DNA from: Candidatus Krumholzibacteriota bacterium
GTDB taxonomy: Bacteria; Krumholzibacteriota; Krumholzibacteriia; Krumholzibacteriales; Krumholzibacteriaceae
Assembly: GCA_016933255.1 (NCBI GenBank)
Contig: JAFGBF010000005.1
Span: 27,750 to 91,749, forward strand
DNA length: 64,000 nt
Reading direction: 5' to 3'
Position numbers and translations under genes: made by a program. This document shows, piece after piece, positions 19,480-29,002 of the stretch (within the stretch, counting starts at the first letter, position 1; each line of letters opens with the position of its first letter). Below the pieces are notes generated by a model, which was given only the letters and a program-made list of their open reading frames with translations, had not been told where the DNA came from and made no database searches.

Positions 19480-20594
19480 ACCGCAGGTATTTTGCAGCCG
19501 CCGCTCTTATAGTCCCTCTTCTTGCTGGAGACGCATACGCAGATTCAGCCGGGAAACTTGTTTCCAAAGGGAACAGCGAATACGGGAAACAGCGGTATGA
19601 AGAGGCTGCCGCGCTGTACGAGAAGGCATCTGTAAAACTGCCTGAATCGGGAGTCATCGCCTTCAACCTCGGAGATGTACTCTACAGGCTGGAGGATTAT
19701 TCCGGAGCAAGGACTCATTTTGAGGATGCGGCGATGAAGACGCGCGATCTCTCCCCTGAGGCCAAAGCATGGTACAATATGGGCAACTGCGCCTTCGCGG
19801 AAGGGAGCAGGCAGGCAGACAGCGATATGGAAAAAGCACTCGAATTCTATAAGGAGAGTGTAGGTTTTTATGCCGCGGCGCTGGAGAAAGATCCGGATCT
19901 TTCCGACGCTGCGCACAATATGGAGATAGTGAGGCTGTATATCAAGGATCTGCTAGACAAGATCCAGAAACAGAAGGAAGAGATGCAGAAGATGCAGGAG
20001 AAGATGAAAGAGGTCGTCGATTCTCTCCTCGTAGCGATGGATAGGCAGCAGAAAGCCCAGAAACGGTCCCTCGACCTTGACGATGCAGCTCAGAAAGCCG
20101 ATCCGCAGTGGAAAACCCGTCTCGGCAAGCTGGGAGATGATCAGAAGAATATAGAGCGGTCGACTTCTGATCTCCGGGGCAAGCTCGAAGACCTTTTTCC
20201 CTCGGAAGTCCCCGAACCGGTCCGGCAGGCTTCATCCCATCTTGACAGCGCCTCTGTAGATCAGAAGAGTTCCGTCTCGGAGCTTTCGGCAGGCGACCCC
20301 GCCGCCGCGGCGAAAGATCAGGGCGGCGCGTTCGACCAGATGAATAAAGCTCTTGAACTTCTCACGCAGGGTGATAATAAGGATAAGAATCAACAGGGAG
20401 AGGATGAGAAGAAGGACGATAAAGGTCAGCAGGACCAGCAGAACAAGCAGGACGAGCAGCCTCCTCAAGAACAGAAGGAGCAGCAGGCTCGCAGCGAGAC
20501 GGCCAGGGGCATTCTCGAAGAAGAGAAGGAAAACAGAAAGAAAAGGAAACAACAGGCAGCAGGCGGTTATAAGAAGGTAGAAAAGGACTGGTGA
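19476..20594 (+). CDS. batC: TPR protein BatC-like with extended helical and Q-rich region
   Basis: KGNSEY...FNLGDVLY...AWYNMGN...DAAHNME; Q/D/K-rich tail; C-terminal ...KKVEKDW. Confidence 0.75.
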   Translation: MNRRYFAAAALIVPLLAGDAYADSAGKLVSKGNSEYGKQRYEEAAALYEKASVKLPESGVIAFNLGDVLYRLEDYSGARTHFEDAAMKTRDLSPEAKAWYNMGNCAFAEGSRQADSDMEKALEFYKESVGFYAAALEKDPDLSDAAHNMEIVRLYIKDLLDKIQKQKEEMQKMQEKMKEVVDSLLVAMDRQQKAQKRSLDLDDAAQKADPQWKTRLGKLGDDQKNIERSTSDLRGKLEDLFPSEVPEPVRQASSHLDSASVDQKSSVSELSAGDPAAAAKDQGGAFDQMNKALELLTQGDNKDKNQQGEDEKKDDKGQQDQQNKQDEQPPQEQKEQQARSETARGILEEEKENRKKRKQQAAGGYKKVEKDW

Positions 20595-20609
20595 TCCAGG
20601 AGGATCCTG

Positions 20610-22556
20610 TTGAAAGGTTCGTTAAGAAATAAGACCGGATCTCTTTCGCAGGCAGCAGGGGCTGGATATCGGTCCAGGCCTCCCGTGATGGCGATTCGTT
20701 TTCGGCCTCTGATGCTGGCGGCACTGCTGGGTATGGCCGCGCTTCTTCTGATTTCCGGCCAGTCTCTGGCCGATGATATCCGGGTCATAACGAATGTGGA
20801 ATCACGGGACGTCTATGTCGGCGAATCTTTTCTTATGCAGATAACTGTCGATGGGACTGACGAGGCGGTATTGCCCGATTTTTCGCCTCTTGAAGGATTC
20901 ACGGTAGAATATGTCGGCGGTTCGAATAATTCGAGCCAGTCGATTTCGATAATCAACGGCAAGGTCCAGAGGACAATCAAAAAAGGGTTCGTATTCACCT
21001 ATCGGTTGACCCCCAAAGTCTCAGGGCGCCTCGTGATACCTCCTCTTGATGTGAATGTTTCCGGAACGTTATTTAAAACGAACAAGATAGACATCTCTGT
21101 CAAGAAACCGGAAGAGACAGAGGATTTCAAATTGCGGATCAGGTTGTCGAGGGATACCTGCTTTACAGGGGAGCCCGTAGTCCTCTCCGTCACCTGGTAC
21201 CTGAACAGGGATGTGGAAGGATTCGAATTTACTGCCCCCGTCCTTGATAACGAAGCGTTTGATTTCGATACTCCGGAAGTAAAGATAGATCCATCGAAAA
21301 AATATTTCAGGATCCCTATCGGAGACGGCGAGCTGATAGCGGAAAAGGGAAAGGGTATCCTCGATGGAGAGCAATACGTGACTCTCGATTTCAGTATCGC
21401 CCTGATTCCCAGGGAGCCGGGAACCTTCGTCATACCGGAGTTTATCGTCGCATGTGAATCCGGTACAGGTATCCGCAGCAGACGCGATTTTTTCGATGAT
21501 TTCTTCTCTGACAGCTATTCGGGAAGATGGAAGGGAAGCCTCAAAAAATATGTAGTCCCGTCGAACAGGCTCAGCCTTCAGGTAAAGGAACTTCCCCTGG
21601 AAGGAAGGCCGGAAGGGTTCACAGGGCATGTGGGTGAGATAAAAATAGAAGCGGCGGCAGAACCGGTCGAAGTGAGTGTCGGAGATCCGATCACTCTTAA
21701 TATTACTCTCCAGGGCCCGGATTTTCTCGGAAGGGTAGAGCTTCCTCCTCTTTCATCGCAGAAGGGTATCTCCGAAAATTTCAAGATACCTGATGAAAGG
21801 GCCGATGGAAAGATAGAGGGAAAAAAGAAGATCTTCACTCAGACTCTCAGAGCAAGGAATGACGGCGTCACCGAGATACCTCCGATCCGCATAGTCTATT
21901 TCGATACGAAAAAAGAGAAATACATGACCGCGGAATCAGATCCTATTCCTCTTGACGTAAAGCCGACAAGGGTCGTCACCGCCGGCGATGCCGAGGGTAT
22001 CGAAGCGGGAGTATCGGGATCGCCCCTTGAACAGTGGAAGGAAGGGATCGCTTATAATTATGAGGGACCCGATCTCATCCTGTCCGAGGAGGCTGGAATC
22101 GAGACGATATCGGGGAATCCCCGGATGATCATGATACTTCTGCTTCCGCCGGTAATATTCTTTGGGGCCGCATTGGGCCGGAGCCTCATGAGACGCCGCG
22201 CTTCTGACCCCGGGGGAGTGAAGGCCAGGGGAGCATTAAAGAGATTGTACAGATCGCTTGCGGGGATAATGCAGGAGAAGGACCTGTCGAGCGAGATATT
22301 CAACGGAAAAATGATGGACAGCTACAAGTCATATCTCGGGGATAAACTCCACATAAGCGGGGCAGCTCTTACCGCTGAAGAAGCCGGCAGGATGCTTAGT
22401 GACCGGGGAGTGGACGCCGAAGTAATACGCCTTGTAAGGGAAGCTATGGAGACATGTGAGCATGGCGCGTACGCCGGCGGATCGACTGCGACAGGCAGGG
22501 AAGAGCTTTTCAATATGATAAAAAGGTCGGCAGCAGGACTGGACAGGATATTATGA
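20610..22556 (+). CDS. batD: BatD family (oxygen tolerance) protein
   Basis: VYVGESF...SQSISIING; FTGEPVVL; FTGHVG; VSVGDPITL; YFDTKKEKY; C-terminal TM. Confidence 0.82.
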   Translation: MKGSLRNKTGSLSQAAGAGYRSRPPVMAIRFRPLMLAALLGMAALLLISGQSLADDIRVITNVESRDVYVGESFLMQITVDGTDEAVLPDFSPLEGFTVEYVGGSNNSSQSISIINGKVQRTIKKGFVFTYRLTPKVSGRLVIPPLDVNVSGTLFKTNKIDISVKKPEETEDFKLRIRLSRDTCFTGEPVVLSVTWYLNRDVEGFEFTAPVLDNEAFDFDTPEVKIDPSKKYFRIPIGDGELIAEKGKGILDGEQYVTLDFSIALIPREPGTFVIPEFIVACESGTGIRSRRDFFDDFFSDSYSGRWKGSLKKYVVPSNRLSLQVKELPLEGRPEGFTGHVGEIKIEAAAEPVEVSVGDPITLNITLQGPDFLGRVELPPLSSQKGISENFKIPDERADGKIEGKKKIFTQTLRARNDGVTEIPPIRIVYFDTKKEKYMTAESDPIPLDVKPTRVVTAGDAEGIEAGVSGSPLEQWKEGIAYNYEGPDLILSEEAGIETISGNPRMIMILLLPPVIFFGAALGRSLMRRRASDPGGVKARGALKRLYRSLAGIMQEKDLSSEIFNGKMMDSYKSYLGDKLHISGAALTAEEAGRMLSDRGVDAEVIRLVREAMETCEHGAYAGGSTATGREELFNMIKRSAAGLDRIL

Positions 22557-23437
22557 ACGGTGAACGGCCCGGATCCAATATAAGATCGGCAGGCTTCCTT
22601 AAAGCCCGCTCTTTCGTCATTGTATTTTTCAGTATTCTGCTTCTTCTGCCGGCTGTTCCGGCAGCCGCGTATGCGGGAGGAAGTCTCTCGGCCGAGGAGA
22701 TCGGATCGTATATGAGAGAAGGGGAGGAAGCCTTCCGCAAAGGGATGGAACTCGACGTCAGCGATCCTGCCGGAGCGAGAGATCATTATAACAAGGCGAT
22801 CCTTAACTTCGAACTCGTTATCAGAGAGGGCGGGGTGCGCAACGGGAGGCTTTTTTACAATACTGGGAATGCCTGGTTCAGGCTCGGCGACCTCGGAAAA
22901 GCGATCCTGTATTACAAGAGAGCCGGGCTTTACCGCCCCAACGACGAGAATCTTCGCCAGAACCTCGAGTACGCAAGGAGCAGGCGCATCAACAGGGTCG
23001 AGGCGACCGAAAAAGAAAAGGTGTTCAAGACTCTTTTCTTCCTTCATTATGATATCTCATCGAGGGTAAGGCTGATCATCTTTATGATATCGTTTGCGAT
23101 GATATGGATAGCGGCCACGCTGAGATTATTTTTTGACAGAAGCTGGGTCAGGACATTTATAATCTTTTTCGTATCTGTGAGCGCGATCTTTATGATATCT
23201 CTCGGCGTGGAAAAGATAAGCAGAAGCAGAAGACCTGCCGGCGTGATAGTCTCTTCAGAGGTCACGGCCAGAAAAGGGGACGCAGGGACTTATCAGCAGA
23301 GTTTTACCGAACCTTTGTATTCCGGAACCGAATTCATCCTGCTGGAAAACAGGACTGATTGGCTGTATATAGAACTAGAAGATGGAGCAAGGTGCTGGAT
23401 CCCGTCAGGCGCCGGAGAACTTGTGATCGACTGGTGA
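22553..23437 (+). CDS. batE: BatE-like TPR + SH3 domain protein
   Basis: LFYNTGNAWFRLGDLGKAILYYKRA...NLEYAR; two TMs; C-terminal SH3b-like WLYIELEDGARCWIP. Confidence 0.8.
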   Translation: MNGERPGSNIRSAGFLKARSFVIVFFSILLLLPAVPAAAYAGGSLSAEEIGSYMREGEEAFRKGMELDVSDPAGARDHYNKAILNFELVIREGGVRNGRLFYNTGNAWFRLGDLGKAILYYKRAGLYRPNDENLRQNLEYARSRRINRVEATEKEKVFKTLFFLHYDISSRVRLIIFMISFAMIWIAATLRLFFDRSWVRTFIIFFVSVSAIFMISLGVEKISRSRRPAGVIVSSEVTARKGDAGTYQQSFTEPLYSGTEFILLENRTDWLYIELEDGARCWIPSGAGELVIDW

Positions 23438-23514
23438 CAGATCCCGGATCTCCTTTTTGCGGGCTGCAGGCCTGGAGGGGTCCGATCTATTTTTGGCAGA
23501 AAGGACTGAGGCTG

Positions 23515-24921
23515 ATGAAAAATTATCGCGGAATAGCGATGACTGTCATGGTCATCGGCGCGACAGCTCTTCTTCTTTCGCCGGTATCCGCCGGAGAAGG
23601 AAAAGGGCTTGGCAAGGACGATATCAAAGAACTCCGGTCTTCCTTCACGATCGATCCGCAGTCCAGGGCCTGGATGAATGCGGTATCGAACAATGATCTG
23701 AAAAGTCTGGCCCTGAACAGAGAGATGTACAACTCCCAGGACGAAATATTCAGCGACAAGGTCGATGCTAAAGGCATTACAAACCAGAAAAGCAGCGGAC
23801 GATGCTGGATGTTCGCCGGGTTTAACATGATGCGCCCTTCCGTGATGGAGAAATTCAACCTCGAAAGCTTTGAATTTTCAGAGAACTATCTTTTCTTCTG
23901 GGACAAGCTGGAGAAGGCCAATATGTTCCTTGAATCGATCATCGAGACTGCAGACAGGGATATCGATGACCGTACTCTGCAGGCTCTTCTTAGAGACCCC
24001 ATTCCAGACGGCGGATGGTGGAGCTACCATGTCGACCTTATTGAAAAATACGGAGTCGTTCCCCAATGCGTGAGCAGGGAAACGAGCCACACGAGCAGTA
24101 CGGGAAGAATGAACGGCGTGCTGAACTATATGGCCAGGTCCTGTGCTGTCGAATTGAGAAAGATCTCTGCCGGCGGTGCGGCGAGGGATGAACTGGGCAC
24201 AGCTAAAATGGAGATGCTTAAGGATTTCTACCGCGTCCTCGTACTTCATATGGGAGAACCGGTCGAGGAATTCGTCTGGAAGGTCAAAAACAAGGATGAC
24301 GAAGTCATCGAGAAAAAATTCACTCCCAAATCGTTTTTCAAGGAAGCTGTCGGAATCGATCTTAGGGATTATATCACCATCATAGATTATCCCGCGTACG
24401 GTTATGGGAAGTATTTCGAGATAGATTTCTGCCGCGGTATATATGACATGCCTAATATGAGATTCATCAATCTCGATATCGATCAATTGAAAAAGTATTC
24501 GATCAGGGGGATCCAGGAAGGAACCCCGGTCTGGTTTGCCGCTGATATCGGCAAGGAAAACAATGTCGACGACGGAGTGCTCGCGGTAGATGTATATGAT
24601 TATAACTCTCTGCTCGGAATCGATTATGGACTTACGAAAGCAGAGCTTGTGCAGTACAGGGAAGGGGCTCCTAACCACGCGATGGTCTTCGTCGGTGTCG
24701 ACCTTGACGATAATAAGCCCGTAAAATGGCGGGTCGAGAATTCTTGGGGTACCGACCGGGGAAACGGAGGGTACTGGACGATGTATGACGAATGGTTCGG
24801 CAAATATGTGTTCAACGTCATAATCGATAAAAAACATCTTCCCAAAAGTGTACTTGGGATACTCGAAACCGAGCCGGAGATGATCCCTGCCTGGGATCCG
24901 ATGAGATCGGCTTTTGAATAG
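23515..24921 (+). CDS. pepC: Peptidase C1B (aminopeptidase C / bleomycin hydrolase), with signal peptide
   Basis: QKSSGRCWMFA, NHAM, VENSWG catalytic motifs; start set at MKNYRGIAM (signal-peptide-like). Confidence 0.9.
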   Translation: MKNYRGIAMTVMVIGATALLLSPVSAGEGKGLGKDDIKELRSSFTIDPQSRAWMNAVSNNDLKSLALNREMYNSQDEIFSDKVDAKGITNQKSSGRCWMFAGFNMMRPSVMEKFNLESFEFSENYLFFWDKLEKANMFLESIIETADRDIDDRTLQALLRDPIPDGGWWSYHVDLIEKYGVVPQCVSRETSHTSSTGRMNGVLNYMARSCAVELRKISAGGAARDELGTAKMEMLKDFYRVLVLHMGEPVEEFVWKVKNKDDEVIEKKFTPKSFFKEAVGIDLRDYITIIDYPAYGYGKYFEIDFCRGIYDMPNMRFINLDIDQLKKYSIRGIQEGTPVWFAADIGKENNVDDGVLAVDVYDYNSLLGIDYGLTKAELVQYREGAPNHAMVFVGVDLDDNKPVKWRVENSWGTDRGNGGYWTMYDEWFGKYVFNVIIDKKHLPKSVLGILETEPEMIPAWDPMRSAFE

Positions 24922-24959
24922 CCGGCTGCTCCCCGTTTTTTTGAGCTGGAGGTCGATAT

Positions 24960-25823
24960 ATGAAGATAAAAAGCATAGTGATCCTGTCTGCTGCCCTCTT
25001 CTGTTTATCAGGCGGCAGAAATGTTTCCGGAGAGACAGGCTCCGGCGGACCGATACTGCCGGAAAACAAGGAAGATACTGCTGTGAAAAGAGATGAAGAG
25101 GTCGTTATCAGGGTGGTCTACAATAATATCGTCGAAGATGATGCCTGCAGGGGCGAATGGGGATTCGGATGCGTTATCGATGGGTTTGAGAAAAAGATCC
25201 TGTTTGACACAGGCGGCGACGGCAAAGTCCTATTGAAGAATATGAAGAAGATGGGGATAGATCCGCAATCGATAGATATAGTAGTGATCTCGCACGAACA
25301 CCAGGATCACATCGGCGGGCTGGAGAAGTTTCTTGAAAAGAACGACCAGGTGATCGTGTTTGCTCCTGCCTCCTTCTCGGAGAAATACACAGAGCTTGTC
25401 AAGAGGATGAAGATCAGGAATGTCCCGGTCAAAGGCGCCGTAGAGCTCTGCCGGAACGTATATACAAGCGGCGAGCAGGGGGAAGAGATAATCGAGCAGG
25501 CATTGTTTCTCAATACCGGCCTCGGAACGGTCGTTATCACTGGATGCGCTCATCCCGGGATCGTCCCTATATCAGACATGGCGCGCAGATTGCTTAGCGG
25601 GCCGCCTTTGCTCGTCATGGGCGGATTTCATCTTGGGAACAAAAGCGACGAAGAGCTGAAAGATGTCGTCGAGAAGATGAAATCGATGGGGGTGGCGTCT
25701 GTCGGGCCGAGTCATTGCACAGGTGACAGGGCTATCGCTGAATTCAGAAAAGAATACGGCATTAAGTTTGTCGAGACCGGCGCTGGAGCGGTCATCGAAG
25801 TCAGCAGACTCAAAAGGAATTAA
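24960..25823 (+). CDS. MBL-fold metallo-hydrolase with N-terminal signal-like sequence
   Basis: ILFDTG; ISHEHQDHIGGL; TGCAHPG; GGFHL; PSHCTG. Confidence 0.85.
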   Translation: MKIKSIVILSAALFCLSGGRNVSGETGSGGPILPENKEDTAVKRDEEVVIRVVYNNIVEDDACRGEWGFGCVIDGFEKKILFDTGGDGKVLLKNMKKMGIDPQSIDIVVISHEHQDHIGGLEKFLEKNDQVIVFAPASFSEKYTELVKRMKIRNVPVKGAVELCRNVYTSGEQGEEIIEQALFLNTGLGTVVITGCAHPGIVPISDMARRLLSGPPLLVMGGFHLGNKSDEELKDVVEKMKSMGVASVGPSHCTGDRAIAEFRKEYGIKFVETGAGAVIEVSRLKRN

Positions 25824-25898
25824 TCCCGGGAATTTTCCATTTGCAGGATAAACAGGCTCAAAAGTATCTGATCCGGGAATTTCTCCTTTCTCAGGATC
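25823..25898. repeat. Imperfect ~28-nt direct repeat pair in intergenic region
   Basis: ATCCCGGGAATTTTCCATTTGCAGGATA (25823-25850) and ATCCGGGAATTTCTCCTTTCTCAGGATC (25871-25898). Confidence 0.45.
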
Positions 25899-26101
25899 GA
25901 TGCCGTTGACCCCTTCCCGAAGCCTGGGCCTGGGGGCGGGACAGGCAAAATTCTCTAATAAAAGTAGCAAAGATACAAAAACAATGGTATTTTGTCGTAA
26001 CGTCTGACTATCCTGTCTATTATGAACTATTCATCGATATATAGATAAAGTAGAATGAGGATTCAGAATATATACGGGATTTTAGCAGGTGGCGGAAACC
26101 G

Positions 26102-28018
26102 ATGGGTAATGTAAGAAAACTGTTTCGGATAATGCTGAGATACTGGAAGCTCATGGTAGCCGGTTTCTTGACGATGTCGATATTCGCCCTTCTCAGCGGC
26201 CTGACCGTAACGATGTTTGTTCCTCTCTTCGATTTTGTCTTTGGGACGAAGCATAAGGAATCCCTGTACACCAGCTCCTCCGAATTTCTTGAAAAAGCAG
26301 GTGCAGTCACCGGTAGATTCTTCTCCTCGCTCTCCTTTTCCAGGATTTTCGCCAGCGAGACCTACCTGAAGCTGCTTGATGACCTTAAGGGAGTCCTCTC
26401 CCTTACAGACCCGAAGCTTCTTCTGGTTATGATCGGCGCGGCGATGATCATACTGATGATCCTGAAGAATTCGATCTTCTTCGTGAACAGGCTGATATTT
26501 ATCAAGCTCCGCGGGAAGGTGATCAGGCATCTGAGAAATATAATTTTCGGGAAATTTCTCGATCTTCCGATGGTCTTTTTCAAGGACAGGCCGCTCGGAG
26601 ATATCCAGGTCAGGATCACGGCAGATGTCAATATCGTCAGCGACCTGTTTATCCGTTCTGTATTCGGATCACTGAGAGATCTGGCCCTTATCATAATCTA
26701 TGTCCTGATAGCCCTGTTTATCAACGCGAGGCTTTTTCTCTATACTATCGTGATAGTCCCCGTGTTCAGCCTTGTGATCTCGTATATCGGGAACAAGATA
26801 AGGAAATACTCGACTCGGATACAGAAGACATACGCGATCCTTTTTTCCAGGATCGCCGAGATGATCGGCGGCATCAAGATCGTCAAATCATTTGCCAAGG
26901 AAGATTATGAAAATGAAAAATTCCGGGCAGAAAACACGAGGTTCTACAATGCGTGGTCCAGGGCACAGATGTATTCAGCCCTTAACGTCCCCCTCTCCGA
27001 GATAAACGGCACCATCGTGGGGATAATAGTCCTGATAATCGGCGGGAATATGGTCCTCGGGGGCAGCGAGGTTTTTACGCTCGGAGAATTCACCGCGTTT
27101 CTTTTTGCCATTTTTTCGATCCTCCAGCCGTTGAAGAACATTACAAAGGCTTACACCGAGGTCAGAAAAGCGATGGTCTCTCTCGACAGGATATTTGATA
27201 TCCTGGACCTTCCTCAGGAACTGAAAGATGACTCTGAATCTGTCGAAAAGAAATCTTTCGACGATTCGATAAAGATCGAACAGCTTGGATTTTCATACGA
27301 CAAGGGGCGAAAGATACTCAACAATATCGATCTCGAGATCAGGAAGGGTCAGACAGTGGCGATCGTCGGAAGCAGCGGGGCGGGGAAGACGACTCTGATC
27401 AACCTTATAGAAAGGTTTTACGATCCCGATGAGGGAAGGATCCTGATCGACGGGATCGATTTGAAGACAATAAGATCGGACGATCTTCATTCACTTTTTG
27501 GAACGGTCACGCAGGAGTCGATACTTTTCAATGATACGGTATCTAACAATATTGCGTACGGCACCAATCGCGAGATCACTTCCGAAGATATCCAAAAGGC
27601 GGCCGAGATCGGATACGCCGATGAATTCATAAAAGATATGCAGAATGGCTATGACACCATGATCAACCCTAAAGCGTCGAACCTTTCCGGCGGACAGAAA
27701 CAGAGACTCTGTATTTCAAGAGCGATCGTGGGAGATCCTCCTATCCTGATATTCGATGAGGCCACGAGTTCCCTCGATTCGGAATCTGAACAGAAAGTCC
27801 AGAGGGCTATCGAAATGGCGACAAAAGACAGGACCGTGATAGTGATCGCCCACAGGCTTTCCACGATCATGAATTCCAGCAGGATCATCGTGATGGATGA
27901 GGGCAGGATAACCGGTTCTGGGACTCATGATGAACTGATATCTACCAGTGACAAATACAGGACCCTTTACGAATGTATCTACAGGGATGGATCTGCCGGC
28001 GATGACGGAGTGAGCTGA
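26102..28018 (+). CDS. msbA: MsbA-like lipid A/LPS ABC exporter (permease+ATPase)
   Basis: TM domain + GSSGAGKT, LSGGQKQR, DEATSSLD, IAHRLST; heads a glycosyltransferase cluster. Confidence 0.8.
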   Translation: MGNVRKLFRIMLRYWKLMVAGFLTMSIFALLSGLTVTMFVPLFDFVFGTKHKESLYTSSSEFLEKAGAVTGRFFSSLSFSRIFASETYLKLLDDLKGVLSLTDPKLLLVMIGAAMIILMILKNSIFFVNRLIFIKLRGKVIRHLRNIIFGKFLDLPMVFFKDRPLGDIQVRITADVNIVSDLFIRSVFGSLRDLALIIIYVLIALFINARLFLYTIVIVPVFSLVISYIGNKIRKYSTRIQKTYAILFSRIAEMIGGIKIVKSFAKEDYENEKFRAENTRFYNAWSRAQMYSALNVPLSEINGTIVGIIVLIIGGNMVLGGSEVFTLGEFTAFLFAIFSILQPLKNITKAYTEVRKAMVSLDRIFDILDLPQELKDDSESVEKKSFDDSIKIEQLGFSYDKGRKILNNIDLEIRKGQTVAIVGSSGAGKTTLINLIERFYDPDEGRILIDGIDLKTIRSDDLHSLFGTVTQESILFNDTVSNNIAYGTNREITSEDIQKAAEIGYADEFIKDMQNGYDTMINPKASNLSGGQKQRLCISRAIVGDPPILIFDEATSSLDSESEQKVQRAIEMATKDRTVIVIAHRLSTIMNSSRIIVMDEGRITGSGTHDELISTSDKYRTLYECIYRDGSAGDDGVS

Positions 28019-28995
28019 TGAAGATCAGTGGATTCTCAATGGTCAGAAACGGGGAGAAACTATATTACCCCGTTACCGAGATGATACGCTCCATTCTTCC
28101 GATCGTCGATGAGTTCGTCATCGCAGTGGGCGAGGGGGATCCTGATGATAAGACCAGAGAGATGATCTCAGCGATAGGCGATCCGAAGATCAGGATCATA
28201 GATACAGAATGGGATCTTGATAAATATCCGAGGGGCATGGAGAATGCCCACCAGACGGATATTGCCATGAATGCATGCAGCGGTGACTGGCTTTTTTATC
28301 TGCAGGCCGACGAAGTGATCCACGAGAAATATCTTCCCGTGATAAAAAATACCTGTATGAAATATCTGGATGAAAGAGATGTCGAGGGGCTTCTTTTCGG
28401 GTATCTGCATTTCTGGGGCGATTATGGTCACCATCATACCGGCCATGGATGGTATCCGCACGAGATCCGGATCATAAGAAACGACCCCGAGATCCATTCA
28501 TGGGAATCTGCGCAGTCCTTCAGGAGGATACCGGATTTTGACGGGGTGAGCTACAGGAAGAAGGAAGGGACATTCAAATTGAAGGTCGCTCCCGTAGATG
28601 CGCGCGTATACCACTATGGTTGGGTAAGGCCTCCTCACCTTATGATCAGCAAGAAAAAGGCTCTCGATACCGTCCATAGGGGAAGGCGAAAGGTCCGGGA
28701 GATGTACGAGAATATTCCCGACGATTTTGATTTCGGACCTCTGACCAGGCTGGAAATCTTCAAGGGGACGCATCCGGGAGTGATGAAAGAGATGATACAG
28801 AAGATGGATTGGAAGGATAAACTCCAGTATACGGGGAGACCCGATCCGTCAAGGGAACCGCACAAGCACGAAAGATTCAAATACAGGCTGCTCTCATTTA
28901 TAGAAAAATATCTTAACCGGGGCAGACACATAGGAGAATTTAAAAACTACAGACTTATAAGGAATAAAATACAGGCAGGGACTGTGAAGGAGTAA
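28018..28995 (+). CDS. Glycosyltransferase family 2
   Basis: MKISGFSMVRNG; CSGDWLFYLQADE; YHYGWV. Confidence 0.85.
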   Translation: MKISGFSMVRNGEKLYYPVTEMIRSILPIVDEFVIAVGEGDPDDKTREMISAIGDPKIRIIDTEWDLDKYPRGMENAHQTDIAMNACSGDWLFYLQADEVIHEKYLPVIKNTCMKYLDERDVEGLLFGYLHFWGDYGHHHTGHGWYPHEIRIIRNDPEIHSWESAQSFRRIPDFDGVSYRKKEGTFKLKVAPVDARVYHYGWVRPPHLMISKKKALDTVHRGRRKVREMYENIPDDFDFGPLTRLEIFKGTHPGVMKEMIQKMDWKDKLQYTGRPDPSREPHKHERFKYRLLSFIEKYLNRGRHIGEFKNYRLIRNKIQAGTVKE

Positions 28996-29002
28996 ATGTC
29001 GA

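Noticed and set aside
20360-20500. CAG-rich stretch as a tandem repeat or CRISPR-like array
   Set aside because: It is the Q-rich coding linker of BatC; no constant repeat-spacer periodicity here or elsewhere in the window.
25968-25975. CAAAGATA, reverse complement of the Bacteroidetes TAnnTTTG promoter element
   Set aside because: Single occurrence pointing antisense; all other promoters seen are TTGACA/TATAAT-type.
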